The notes below the pieces were generated by a model, which saw only the letters and a list, made by a program, of their open reading frames with translations, was not told where the DNA came from and made no database searches. Shown here piece by piece: positions 27,001 to 41,220 of a stretch of 64,000 nt of DNA. Made by a program: the position numbers and the translations under genes. The number at the start of each line of letters is the position of its first letter. Within the stretch, counting starts at the first letter, position 1. The stretch covers positions 8,752,794 to 8,816,793 of the forward strand of contig CM082589.2 of NCBI GenBank assembly GCA_040954595.2, in the 5' to 3' direction. Origin of the DNA: Balanoglossus misakiensis (lineage: Eukaryota; Animalia; Hemichordata).

Positions 27001-30000
27001 ACTGTCGCCTGTCTTAGGTCACCACTTCATTAGCGGTCTTACCCGTCATTGGCACTAACAGTCTCAGGAAGTAAGCTTTCATCTTACCAATGTAGCTATT
27101 GTATTTTTCACTTTTTGTAAGTGAAGCCTGACTGTCGCCTGTCTTAGGTCACCACTTCATAAGCGGTCTTACCCGTCATTGGCACAAACAGTCTCAGGAA
27201 GTAAGCTTTCAGCCTACCAATGTAGCTATTGTATTTTGCACTTTTTGTAAGTGAAGCCTGACTGTCGCCTGTCTTAGGTCACCACTTCATAAGCGGTCTT
27301 ACCCGTCATTGGCACAAACAGTCTCAGGACGTAAGCCCTCAGCCTACCAATGTAGCTATTGTATTTTCCACTTTTTGTAAGTGAAGCCTGACTGTCGCCT
27401 GTCTTAGGTCACCACTTCATAAGCGGTCTTACCCGTCATTGGCACAAACAGTCTCAGGAAGTAAGCTTTCAGCCTACCAATGTAGCTATTGTATTTTCCA
27501 CTTTTTGTAAGTGAAGCCTGACTGTCGCCTGTCTTAGGTCACCACTTCATAAGCGGTCTTACCCGTCATTGGCACTAACAGTCTCAGGAAGTAAGCTTTC
27601 ATCTTACCAATGTAGCTATTGTATTTTTCACTTTTTGTAAGTGAAGCCTGACTGTCGCCTGTCTTAGGTCACCACTTCATAAGCGGTCTTACCCGTCATT
27701 GGCACAAACAGTCTCAGGAAGTAAGCTTTCAGCCTACCAATGTAGCTATTGTATTTTCCACTTTTTGTAAGTGAAGCCTGACTGTCGCCTGTCTTAGGTC
27801 ACCACTTCATAAGCGGTCTTACCCGTCATTGGCACAAACAGTCTCAGGAAGTAAGCTTTCATCCTACCAATGTAGCTATTGTATTTTCCACTTTTTGTAA
27901 GTGAAGCCTGACTGTCGCCTATCTTAGGTCACCACTTCATAAGCGGTCTTACCCGTCATTGGCACAAACAGTCTCAGGAAGTAAGCTTTCAGCCTACCAA
28001 TGTAGCTATTGTATTTTCCACTTTTTGTAAGTGAAGCCTGACTGTCGCCTGTCTTAGGTCACCACTTCATAAGCTGTCTTACCCGTCATTGGCACAAACA
28101 GTCTCAGGACGAAAGCTTTCAGCCTACCAATGTAGCTATTGTATTTTCCACTTTTTGTAAGTGAAGCCTGACTGTCGCCTGTCTTAGGTCACCACTTCAT
28201 AAGCGGTCTTACCCGTCATTGGCACAAACAGTCTCAGGACGTAAGCTTTCAGCCTACCAATGTAGCTATTGTATTTTGCACTTTTTATAAGTGAAGCCTG
28301 ACTGTCGCCTGTCTTAGGTCACCACTTCATAAGCGGTCTTACCCGTCATTGGCACAAACAGTCTCAGGAAGTAAGCTTTCAGCCTACCAATGTAGCTATT
28401 GTATTTTCCACTTTTTGTAAGTGAAGCCTGACTGTCGCCTGTCTTAGGTCACCACTTCATAAGCGGTCTTACCCGTCATTGGCACAAACAGTCTCAGGAA
28501 GTAAGCTTTCAGCCTACCAATGTAGCTATTGTATTTTCCACTTTTTGTAAGTGAAGCCTGACTGTCGCCTATCTTAGGTCACCACTTCATAAGCGGTCTT
28601 ACCCGTCATTGGCACAAACAGTCTCAGGAAGTAAGCTTTCAGCCTACCAATGTAGCTATTGTATTTTCCACTTTTTGTAAGTGAAGCCTGACTGTCGCCT
28701 GTCTTAGGTCACCACTTCATAAGCGGTCTTACCCGTCATTGGCACAAACAGTCTCAGGAAGTAAGCTTTCAGCCTACCAATGTAGCTATTGTATTTTCCA
28801 CTTTTTGTAAGTGAAGCCTGACTGTCGCCTGTCTTAGGTCAACACTTCATAAGCGGTCTTACCCGTCATTGGCACAAACAGTCTCAGGAAGTAAGCTTTC
28901 AGCCTACCAATGTAGCTATTGAATTTTCCACTTTTTGTAAGTGAAGCCTGACTGTCGCCTGTCTTAGGTCACCACTTCATAAGCGGTCTTACCCGTCATT
29001 GGCACAAACAGTCTCAGGAAGTAAGCTTTCAGCCTACCAAATGTAGCTATTGTATTTTCCACTTTTTGTAAGTGAAGCCTGACTGTCGCCTGTCTTAGGT
29101 CACCACTTCATAAGCGGTCTTACCCGTCATTGGCACAAACAGTCTCAGGAAGTAAGCTTTCAGCCTACCAATGTAGCTATTGTATTTTCCACTTTTTGTA
29201 AGTGAAGCCTGACTGTCGCCTGTCTTAGGTCACCACTTCATAAGCGGTCTTACCCGTCATTGGCACAAACAGTCTCAGGACGTAAGCTTTCAGCCTACCA
29301 ATGTAGCTATTGTATTTTCCACTTTTTGTAAGTGAAGCCTGACTGTCGCCTGTCTTAGGTCACCACTTCATAAGCGGTCTTACCCGTCATTGGCACAAAC
29401 AGTCTCAGGAAGTAAGCTTTCAGCCTACCAATGTAGCTATTGTATTTTCCACTTTTTGTAAGTGAAGCCTGACTGTCGCCTGTCTTAGGTCACCACTTCA
29501 TAAGCGGTCTTACCCGTCATTGGCACAAACAGTCTCAGGAAGTAAGCTTTCAGCCTACCAATGTAGCTATTGTATTTTCCACTTTTTGTAAGTGAAGCCT
29601 GACTGTCGCCTATCTTAGGTCACCACTTCATAAGCGGTCTCACCCGTCATTGGCACAAACAGTCTCAGGAAGTAAGCTTTCAGCCTACCAATGTAGCTAT
29701 TGTATTTTCCACTTTTTGTAAGTGAAGCCTGACTGTCGCCTGTCTTAGGTCACCACTTCATAAGCGGTCTTACCCGTCATTGGCACAAACAGTCTCAGGA
29801 AGTAAGCTTTCAGCCTACCAATGTAGCTATTGTATTTTCCACTTTTTGTAAGTGAAGCCTGACTGTCGCCTGTCTTAGGTCACCACTTCATAAGCGGTCT
29901 TACCCGTCATTGGCACTAACAGTCTCAGGACGTAAGCTTTCAGCCTACCAATGTAGCTATTGTATTTTCCACTTTTTATAAGTGAAGCCTGACTGTCGCC

Positions 30001-33000
30001 TGTCTTAGGTCACCACTTCATAAGCGGTCTTACCTGTCATTGGCACAAATAGTCTCAGGAAGTAAGCTTTCAGCCTACCAATGTAGCTATTGTATTTTCC
30101 ACTTTTTGTAAGTGAAGCCTGACTGTCGCCTGTCTTAGGTCACCCCTTCATAAGCGGTCTTACCCGTCATTGGCACAAACAGTCTCAGGACGTAAGCTTT
30201 CAGCCTACCAATGTAGCTATTGTATTTTCCACTTTTTGTAAGTGAAGCCTGACTGTCGCCTGTCTTAGGTCACCACTTCATAAGCGGTCTTACCCGTCAT
30301 TGGCACAAACAGTCTCAGGAAGTAAGCCCTCAGCCTACCAATGTAGCTATTGTATTTTCCACTTTTTGTAAGTGAAGCCTGACTGTCGCCTGTCTTAGGT
30401 CACCACTTCATAAGCGGTCTTACCCGTCATTGGCACAAACAGTCTCAGGAAGTAAGCTTTCAGCCTACCAATGTAGCTATTGTATTTTCCACTTTTTGTA
30501 AGTGAAGCCTGACTGTCGCCTGTCTTAGGTCACCACTTCATAAGCGGTCTTACCCGTCATTGGCACAAACAGTCTCAGGAAGTAAGCTTTCATCTTACCA
30601 ATGTAGCTATTGTATTTTCCACTTTTTGTAAGTGAAGCCTGACTGTCGCCTGTCTTAGGTCACCACTTCATAAGCGGTCTTACCCGTCATTGGCACAAAC
30701 AGTCTCAGGAAGTAAGCTTTCAGCCTACCAATGTAGCTATTGTATTTTCCACTTTTTGTAAGTGAAGCCTGACTGTCGCCTGTCTTAGGTCAACACTTCA
30801 TAAGCGGTCTTACCCGTCATTGGCACAAACAGTCTCAGGAAGTAAGCTTTCAGCCTACCAATGTAGCTATTGAATTTTCCACTTTTTGTAAGTGAAGCCT
30901 GACTGTCGCCTGTCTTAGGTCACCACTTCATAAGCGGTCTTACCCGTCATTGGCACAAACAGTCTCAGGAAGTAAGCTTTCAGCCTACCAATGTAGCTAT
31001 TGTATTTTCCACTTTTTGTAAGTGAAGCCTGACTGTCGCCTGTCTTAGGTCAACACTTCATAAGCGGTCTTACCCGTCATTGGCACAAACAGTCTCAGGA
31101 AGTAAGCTTTCAGCCTACCAATGTAGCTATTGAATTTTCCACTTTTTGTAAGTGAAGCCTGACTGTCGCCTGTCTTAGGTCACCACTTCATAAGCGGTCT
31201 TACCCGTCATTGGCACAAACAGTCTCAGGAAGTAAGCTTTCAGCCTACCAATGTAGCTATTGTATTTTCCACTTTTTGTAAGTGAAGCCTGACTGTCGCC
31301 TGTCTTAGGTCACCACTTCATAAGCGGTCTTACCCGTCATTGGCACAAACAGTCTCAGGAAGTAAGCTTTCAGCCTACCAATGTAGCTATTGTATTTTCC
31401 ACTTTTTGTAAGTGAAGCCTGACTGTCGCCTGTCTTAGGTCACCACTTCATAAGCGGTCTTACCCGTCATTGGCACTAACAGTCTCAGGAAGTAAGCTTT
31501 CAGCCTACCAATATAGCTATTGTATTTTCCACTTTTTGTAAGTGAAGCCTGACTGTCGCCTGTCTTAGGTCACCACTTCATAAGCGGTCTTACCCGTCAT
31601 TGGCACAAACAGTCTCAGGAAGTAAGCTTTCAGCCTACCAATGTAGCTATTGTATTTTCCACTTTTTGTAAGTGAAGCCTGACTGTCGCCTGTCTTAGGT
31701 CACCACTTCATAAGCGGTCTTACCCGTCATTGGCACAAACAGTCTCAGGAAGTAAGCTTTCAGCCTACCAATGTAGCTATTGTATTTTCCACTTTTTGTA
31801 AGTGAAGCCTGACTGTCGCCTGTCTTAGGTCACCACTTCATAAGCGGTCTTACCCGTCATTGGCACAAACAGTCTCAGGAAGTAAGCTTTCAGCCTACCA
31901 ATGTAGCTATTGTATTTTCCACTTTTTGTAAGTGAAGCCTGACTGTCGCCTGTCTTAGGTCACCACTTCATAAGCGGTCTTACCCGTCATTGGCACTAAC
32001 AGTCTCAGGAAGTAAGCTTTCATCCTACCAATGTAGCTATTGTATTTTTCACTTTTTGTAAGTGAAGCCTGACTGTCGCCTGTCTTAGGTCACCACTTCA
32101 TAAGCGGTCTTACCCGTCATTGGCATAAACAGTCTCAGGAAGTAAGCTTTCAGCCTACCAATGTAGCTATTGTATTTTCCACTTTTTGTAAGTGAAGCCT
32201 GACTGTCGCCTGTCTTAGGTCACCACTTCATAAGCGGTCTTACCCGTCATTGGCACAAACAGTCTCAGGAAGTAAGCTTTCATCCTACCAATGTAGCTAT
32301 TGTATTTTCCAGTTTTTGTAAGTGAAGCCTGACTGTCGCCTATCTTAGGTCACCACTTCATAAGCGGTCTTACCCGTCATTGGCACAAACAGTCTCAGGA
32401 AGGAAGCTTGCAGCCTACCAATGTAGCTATTGTATTTTCCACTTTTTGTAAGTGAAGCCTGACTGTCGCCTGTCTTAGGTCACCACTTCATAAGCGGTCT
32501 TACCCGTCATTGGCACAAACAGTCTCAGGAAGTAAGCTTTCAGCCTACCAATGTAGCTATTGTATTTTCCACTTTTTGTAAGTGAAGCCTGACTGTCGCC
32601 TGTCTTAGGTCACCACTTCATAAGCGGTCTTACCCGTCATTGGCACAAACAGTCTCAGGACGTAAGCTTTCAGCCTACCAATGTAGCTATTGTATTTTCC
32701 ACTTTTTATAAGTGAAGCCTGACTGTCGCCTGTCTTAGGTCACCACTTCATAAGCGGTCTTACCCGTCATTGGCACAAACAGTCTCAGGAAGTAAGCTTT
32801 CAGCCTACCAATGTAGCTATTGTATTTTCCACTTTTTGTAAGTGAAGCCTGACTGTCGCCTGTCTTAGGTCACCACTTCATAAGCGGTCTTACCCGTCAT
32901 TGGCACAAACAGTCTCAGGAAATAAGCCTTCAGCCTACCAATGTAGCTATTGTATTTTCCACTTTTTGTAAGTGAAGCCTGACTGTCGCCTATCTTAGGT

Positions 33001-36000
33001 CACCACTTCATAAGCGGTCTTACCCGTCATTGGCACAAACAGTCTCAGGAAGTAAGCTTTCAGCCTACCAATGTAGCTATTGTATTTTCCACTTTTTGTA
33101 AGTGAAGCCTGACTGTCGCCTGTCTTAGGTCACCACTTCATAAGCGGTCTTACCCGTCATTGGCACAAACAGTCTCAGGAAGTAAGCTTTCAGCCTACCA
33201 ATGTAGCTATTGTATTTTCCACTTTTTGTAAGTGAAGCCTGACTGTCGCCTGTCTTAGGTCAACACTTCATAAGCGGTCTTACCCGTCATTGGCACAAAC
33301 AGTCTCAGGAAGTAAGCTTTCAGCCTACCAATGTAGCTATTGTATTTTCCACTTTTTGTAAGTGAAGCCTGACTGTCGCCTGTCTTAGGTCACCACTTCA
33401 TAAGCGGTCTTACCCGTCATTGGCACAAACAGTCTCAGGAAGTAAGCTTTCAGCCTACCAATGTAGCTATTGTATTTTCCACTTTTTGTAAGTGAAGCCT
33501 GACTGTCGCCTGTCTTAGGTCAACACTTCATAAGCGGTCTTACCCGTCATTGGCACAAACAGTCTCAGGAAGTAAGCTTTCAGCCTACCAATGTAGCTAT
33601 TGTATTTTCCACTTTTTATAAGTAAAGCCTGACTGTCGCCTGTCTTAGGTCACCACTTCATAAGCGGTCTTACCCGTCATTGGCACAAACAGTCTCAGGA
33701 AGTAAGCTTTCAGCCTACCAATATAGCTATTTTTTTCCACTTTTTGTAAGTGAAGCCTGACTGTCGCCTGTCTTAGGTCACCACTTCATAAGCGGTCTTA
33801 CCCGTCATTGGCACAAACAGTCTCAGGAAGTAAGCATTCAGCCTACCAATGTAGCTATTGTATTTTCCACTTTTTGTAAGTGAAGCCAGAGTGTCGCCTG
33901 TCTTAGGTCACCACTTCATAAGCGGTCTTACCCGTCATTGGCACAAACAGTCTCAGGAAGTAAGCTTTCAGCCTACCAATGTAGCTATTGTAATTTCCAC
34001 TTTTTGTAAGTGAAGCCTGACTGTCGCCTGTCTTAGGTCACCACTTCATAAGCGGTCTTACCCGTCATTGGCACAAACAGTCTCAGGAAGTAAGCTTTCA
34101 GCCTACCAATGTAGCTATTGTATTTTCCACTTTTTGTAAGTGAAGCCTGACTGTCGCCTGTCTTAGGTCACCACTTCATAAGCGGTCTTACCCGTCATTG
34201 GCACTAACAGTCTCAGGAAGTAAGCTTTCATCCTACCAATGTAGCTATTGTATTTTTCACTTTTTGTAAGTGAAGCCTGACTGTCGCCTGTCTTAGGTCA
34301 CCACTTCATAAGCGGTCTTACCCGTCATTGGCATAAACAGTCTCAGGAAGTAAGCTTTCAGCCTACCAATGTAGCTATTGTATTTTCCACTTTTTGTAAG
34401 TGAAGCCTGACTGTCGCCTGTCTTAGGTCACCACTTCATAAGCGGTCTTACCCGTCATTGGCACAAACAGTCTCAGGAAGTAAGCTTTCATCCTACCAAT
34501 GTAGCTATTGTATTTTCCAGTTTTTGTAAGTGAAGCCTGACTGTCGCCTATCTTAGGTCACCACTTCATAAGCGGTCTTACCCGTCATTGGCACAAACAG
34601 TCTCAGGAAGGAAGCTTGCAGCCTACCAATGTAGCTATTGTATTTTCCACTTTTTGTAAGTGAAGCCTGACTGTCGCCTGTCTTAGGTCACCACTTCATA
34701 AGCGGTCTTACCCGTCATTGGCACAAACAGTCTCAGGAAGTAAGCTTTCAGCCTACCAATGTAGCTATTGTATTTTCCACTTTTTGTAAGTGAAGCCTGA
34801 CTGTCGCCTGTCTTAGGTCACCACTTCATAAGCGGTCTTACCCGTCATTGGCACAAACAGTCTCAGGACGTAAGCTTTCAGCCTACCAATGTAGCTATTG
34901 TATTTTCCACTTTTTATAAGTGAAGCCTGACTGTCGCCTGTCTTAGGTCACCACTTCATAAGCGGTCTTACCCGTCATTGGCACAAACAGTCTCAGGAAG
35001 TAAGCTTTCAGCCTACCAATGTAGCTATTGTATTTTCCACTTTTTGTAAGTGAAGCCTGACTGTCGCCTGTCTTAGGTCACCACTTCATAAGCGGTCTTA
35101 CCCGTCATTGGCACAAACAGTCTCAGGAAATAAGCCTTCAGCCTACCAATGTAGCTATTGTATTTTCCACTTTTTGTAAGTGAAGCCTGACTGTCGCCTA
35201 TCTTAGGTCACCACTTCATAAGCGGTCTTACCCGTCATTGGCACAAACAGTCTCAGGAAGTAAGCTTTCAGCCTACCAATGTAGCTATTGTATTTTCCAC
35301 TTTTTGTAAGTGAAGCCTGACTGTCGCCTGTCTTAGGTCACCACTTCATAAGCGGTCTTACCCGTCATTGGCACAAACAGTCTCAGGAAGTAAGCTTTCA
35401 GCCTACCAATGTAGCTATTGTATTTTCCACTTTTTGTAAGTGAAGCCTGACTGTCGCCTGTCTTAGGTCAACACTTCATAAGCGGTCTTACCCGTCATTG
35501 GCACAAACAGTCTCAGGAAGTAAGCTTTCAGCCTACCAATGTAGCTATTGTATTTTCCACTTTTTGTAAGTGAAGCCTGACTGTCGCCTGTCTTAGGTCA
35601 CCACTTCATAAGCGGTCTTACCCGTCATTGGCACAAACAGTCTCAGGAAGTAAGCTTTCAGCCTACCAATGTAGCTATTGTATTTTCCACTTTTTGTAAG
35701 TGAAGCCTGACTGTCGCCTGTCTTAGGTCAACACTTCATAAGCGGTCTTACCCGTCATTGGCACAAACAGTCTCAGGAAGTAAGCTTTCAGCCTACCAAT
35801 GTAGCTATTGTATTTTCCACTTTTTATAAGTAAAGCCTGACTGTCGCCTGTCTTAGGTCACCACTTCATAAGCGGTCTTACCCGTCATTGGCACAAACAG
35901 TCTCAGGAAGTAAGCTTTCAGCCTACCAATATAGCTATTTTTTTCCACTTTTTGTAAGTGAAGCCTGACTGTCGCCTGTCTTAGGTCACCACTTCATAAG

Positions 36001-39000
36001 CGGTCTTACCCGTCATTGGCACAAACAGTCTCAGGAAGTAAGCATTCAGCCTACCAATGTAGCTATTGTATTTTCCACTTTTTGTAAGTGAAGCCAGAGT
36101 GTCGCCTGTCTTAGGTCACCACTTCATAAGCGGTCTTACCCGTCATTGGCACAAACAGTCTCAGGAAGTAAGCTTTCAGCCTACCAATGTAGCTATTGTA
36201 ATTTCCACTTTTTGTAAGTGAAGCCTGACTGTCGCCTGTCTTAGGTCACCACTTCATAAGCGGTCTTACCCGTCATTGGCACAAACAGTCTCAGGAAGTA
36301 AGCTTTCAGCCTACCAATATAGCTATTTCTTTCCACTTTTTGTAAGTGAAGCCTGACTGTCGCCTGTCTTAGGTCACCACTTCATAAGCGGTCTTACCCG
36401 TCATTGGCACAAACAGTCTCAGGAAGTAAGCTTTCAGCCTACCAATGTAGCTATTGTATTTTCCACTTTTTGTAAGTGAAGCCTGACTGTCGCCTGTCTT
36501 AGGTCACCACTTCATAAGCGGTCTTACCCGTCATTGGCACAAACAGTCTCAGGACGTAAGCTTTCAGCCTACCAATGTAGCTATTGTATTTTCCACTTTT
36601 TATAAGTGAAGCCTGACTGTCGCCTGTCTTAGGTCACCACTTCATAAGCGGTCTTACCCGTCATTGGCACAAACAGTCTCAGGAAGTAAGCTTTCAGCCT
36701 ACCAATGTAGCTATTGTATTTTCCACTTTTTGTAAGTGAAGCCTGACTGTCGCCTGTCTTAGGTCACCACTTCATAAGCGGTCTTACCCGTCATTGGCAC
36801 AAACAGTCTCAGGAAATAAGCCTTCAGCCTACCAATGTAGCTATTGTATTTTCCACTTTTTGTAAGTGAAGCCTGACTGTCGCCTATCTTAGGTCACCAC
36901 TTCATAAGCGGTCTTACCCGTCATTGGCACAAACAGTCTCAGGAAGTAAGCTTTCAGCCTACCAATGTAGCTATTGTATTTTCCACTTTTTGTAAGTGAA
37001 GCCTGACTGTCGCCTGTCTTAGGTCACCACTTCATAAGCGGTCTTACCCGTCATTGGCACAAACAGTCTCAGGAAGTAAGCTTTCAGCCTACCAATGTAG
37101 CTATTGTATTTTCCACTTTTTGTAAGTGAAGCCTGACTGTCGCCTGTCTTAGGTCAACACTTCATAAGCGGTCTTACCCGTCATTGGCACAAACAGTCTC
37201 AGGAAGTAAGCTTTCAGCCTACCAATGTAGCTATTGAATTTTCCACTTTTTGTAAGTGAAGCCTGACTGTCGCCTGTCTTAGGTCACCACTTCATAAGCG
37301 GTCTTACCCGTCATTGGCACAAACAGTCTCAGGAAGTAAGCTTTCAGCCTACCAATGTAGCTATTGTATTTTCCACTTTTTGTAAGTGAAGCCAGAGTGT
37401 CGCCTGTCTTAGGTCACCACTTCATAAGCGGTCTTACCCGTCATTGGCACAAACAGTCTCAGGAAGTAAGCTTTCAGCCTACCAATGTAGCTATTGTAAT
37501 TTCCACTTTTTGTAAGTGAAGCCTGACTGTCGCCTGTCTTAGGTCACCACTTCATAAGCGGTCTTACCCGTCATTGGCACAAACAGTCTCAGGAAGTAAG
37601 CTTTCAGCCTACCAATATAGCTATTTCTTTCCACTTTTTGTAAGTGAAGCCTGACTGTCGCCTGTCTTAGGTCACCACTTCATAAGCGGTCTTACCCGTC
37701 ATTGGCACAAACAGTCTCAGGAAGTAAGCTTTCAGCCTACCAATGTAGCTATTGTATTTTCCACTTTTTGTAAGTGAAGCCTGACTGTCGCCTGTCTTAG
37801 GTCACCACTTCATAAGCGGTCTTACCCGTCATTGGCACAAACAGTCTCAGGACGTAAGCTTTCAGCCTACCAATGTAGCTATTGTATTTTCCACTTTTTA
37901 TAAGTGAAGCCTGACTGTCGCCTGTCTTAGGTCACCACTTCATAAGCGGTCTTACCCGTCATTGGCACAAACAGTCTCAGGAAGTAAGCTTTCAGCCTAC
38001 CAATGTAGCTATTGTATTTTCCACTTTTTGTAAGTGAAGCCTGACTGTCGCCTGTCTTAGGTCACCACTTCATAAGCGGTCTTACCCGTCATTGGCACAA
38101 ACAGTCTCAGGAAATAAGCCTTCAGCCTACCAATGTAGCTATTGTATTTTCCACTTTTTGTAAGTGAAGCCTGACTGTCGCCTATCTTAGGTCACCACTT
38201 CATAAGCGGTCTTACCCGTCATTGGCACAAACAGTCTCAGGAAGTAAGCTTTCAGCCTACCAATGTAGCTATTGTATTTTCCACTTTTTGTAAGTGAAGC
38301 CTGACTGTCGCCTGTCTTAGGTCACCACTTCATAAGCGGTCTTACCCGTCATTGGCACAAACAGTCTCAGGAAGTAAGCTTTCAGCCTACCAATGTAGCT
38401 ATTGTATTTTCCACTTTTTGTAAGTGAAGCCTGACTGTCGCCTGTCTTAGGTCAACACTTCATAAGCGGTCTTACCCGTCATTGGCACAAACAGTCTCAG
38501 GAAGTAAGCTTTCAGCCTACCAATGTAGCTATTGAATTTTCCACTTTTTGTAAGTGAAGCCTGACTGTCGCCTGTCTTAGGTCACCACTTCATAAGCGGT
38601 CTTACCCGTCATTGGCACAAACAGTCTCAGGAAGTAAGCTTTCAGCCTACCAATGTAGCTATTGTATTTTCCACTTTTTGTAAGTGAAGCCTGACTGTCG
38701 CCTGTCTTAGGTCAACACTTCATAAGCGGTCTTACCCGTCATTGGCACAAACAGTCTCAGGAAGTAAGCTTTCAGCCTACCAATGTAGCTATTGTATTTT
38801 CCACTTTTTATAAGTAAAGCCTGACTGTCGCCTGTCTTAGGTCACCACTTCATAAGCGGTCTTACCCGTCATTGGCACAAACAGTCTCAGGAAGTAAGCT
38901 TTCAGCCTACCAATATAGCTATTTTTTTCCACTTTTTGTAAGTGAAGCCTGACTGTCGCCTGTCTTAGGTCACCACTTCATAAGCGGTCTTACCCGTCAT

Positions 39001-41203
39001 TGGCACAAACAGTCTCAGGAAGTAAGCTTTCAGCCTACCAATGTAGCTATTGTATTTTCCACTTTTTGTAAGTGAAGCCAGAGTGTCGCCTGTCTTAGGT
39101 CACCACTTCATAAGCGGTCTTACCCGTCATTGGCACAAACAGTCTCAGGAAGTAAGCTTTCAGCCTACCAATGTAGCTATTGTAATTTCCACTTTTTGTA
39201 AGTGAAGCCTGACTGTCGCCTGTCTTAGGTCACCACTTCATAAGCGGTCTTACCCGTCATTGGCACAAACAGTCTCAGGAAGTAAGCTTTCAGCCTACCA
39301 ATATAGCTATTTTTTTCCACTTTTTGTAAGTGAAGCCTGACTGTCGCCTGTCTTAGGTCACCACTTCATAAGCGGTCTTACCCGTCATTGGCACAAACAG
39401 TCTCAGGAAGTAAGCTTTCAGCCTACCAATGTAGCTATTGTATTTTCCACTTTTTGTAAGTGAAGCCAGAGTGTCGCCTGTCTTAGGTCACCACTTCATA
39501 AGCGGTCTTACCCGTCATTGGCACAAACAGTCTCAGGAAGTAAGCTTTCAGCCTACCAATGTAGCTATTGTATTTTCCACTTTTTGTAAGTGAAGCCTGA
39601 CTGTCGCCTGTCTTAGGTCACCACTTCATAAGCGGTCTTACCCGTCATTGGCACAAAGTCTCAGGAAGTAAGCTTTCAGCCTACCAATGTAGCTATTGTA
39701 TTTTCCACTTTTTGTAAGTGAAGCCTGACTGTCGCCTGTCTTAGGTCACCACTTCATAAGCGGTCTTACCCGTCATTGGCACAAAGTCTCAGGAAGTAAG
39801 CTTTCAGCCTACCAATGTAGCTATTGTATTTTCCACTTTTTGTAAGTGAAGCCTGACTGTCGCCTATCTTAGGTCACCACTTCATAAGCGGTCTTACCCG
39901 TCATTGGCACAAACAGTCTCAGGAAGTAAGCTTTCAGCCTACCAATGTAGCTATTGTATTTTCCACTTTTTGTAAGTGAAGCCTGACTGTCGCCTGTCTT
40001 AGGTCACCACTTCATAAGCGGTCTTACCCGTCATTGGCACAAACAGTCTCAGGAAGTAAGCTTTCATCCTACCAATGTAGCAATTGTATTTTCCACTTTT
40101 TGTAAGTGAAGCCTGACTGTCGCCTGTCTTAGGTCACCACTTCATTAGCGGTCTTACCCGTCATTGTCACAAACAGTCTCAGGAAGTAAGCTTTCAGCCT
40201 ACCAATGTAGCTATTGAATTTTCCACTTATTGTAAGTGAAGCCTGACTGTCGCCTGTCTTAGGTCACCACTTCATAAGCGGTCTTACCCGTCATTGGCAC
40301 AAACAGTCTAAGGAAGTAAGCTTTCAGCATACCAATGTAGCTATTGTATTTTCCACTTTTTGTAAGTGAAGCCTGACTGTCGCCTGTCTTAGGATACCAC
40401 TTCATAAGCGGTCTTACCCGTCATTGGCACAAACAGTCTCAGGAAGTAAGCTTTCAGTCTACCAATGTAGGTATTGTATTTTCCACTTTTTGTAAGTGAA
40501 GCCTGACTGTCGCCTGTCATAGGATACCACTTCATAAGCGGTCTTACCCGTCATTGGCACAAACAGTCTCAGGAAGTAAGCTTTCAGCCTACCAATTTAG
40601 CTATTGTATTTTCCACTTTTTGTAAGTGAAGTCTGACTGTCGCCTGTCTTAGGTCACCACTTCATAAGCGGTCTTACCCGTGATTGGCACAAAGCCTCAG
40701 GAAGTAAGCTTTCAGCCTACCAATGTAGCTATTGTATTTTCCACTTTTTGTAAGTGAAGCCTGACTGTCGCCTGTCTTAGGTCACCACTTCATAAGCGGT
40801 CTTACCCGTCATTGTCACAAACAGTCTCAGGAAGTAAGCTTTCAGCCTACCAATGTAGCTATTGTATTTTCCACTTTTTGTAAGTGAAGCCTGACTGTCG
40901 CCTGTCTTAGGTCACCACTTCATAAGCGGTCTTACCCGTCATTGGCACAAACAGTCTCAGGAAGTAAGCTTTCAGCCTACCAATGTAGCTATTGTATTTT
41001 CCACTTTTTGTAAGTGAAGCCTGACTGTCGCCTGTCTTAGGTCACCACTTCATAAGCGGTCTTTCCCGTCATTGGCACAAACAGTCTCAGGAAGTAAGCT
41101 TTCAGCCTACCAATGTAGCTATTGTATTTTCAACTTTTTGTAAGTGAAGCCTGACTGTCGCCTGTCTTAGGTCACCACTTCATAAGCGGTCTTACCCGTC
41201 ATT
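1..41203. repeat. 130-bp tandem satellite array, block 1 (roughly 320 monomers)
   Basis: Unit CGTCATTGGCACAAACAGTCTCAGGAAGTAAGCTTTCAGCCTACCAATGTAGCTATTGTATTTTCCACTTTTTGTAAGTGAAGCCTGACTGTCGCCTGTCTTAGGTCACCACTTCATAAGCGGTCTTACC starts at 1, 131, 261 and so on. Most copies differ by only a few bases. A 122-bp variant lacks GTAGCTAT (e.g. 261-382). The consensus has one HindIII site (AAGCTT) per unit. Confidence 0.99.
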
Positions 41204-41220
41204 TATTTATTTATTTATTT
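41201..41220 (-). repeat. (AAAT)5 3' tail of the CR1-group LINE
   Basis: Plus strand reads (ATTT)5; the first ATT is shared with the satellite target. Short tandem-repeat tails are typical of CR1/L2 elements. Confidence 0.9.

Noticed and set aside
1-41203. CRISPR array or repeat-spacer system
   Set aside because: The units are contiguous near-identical 130-mers with no unique spacers, there are no cas genes, and the context is eukaryotic LINEs.
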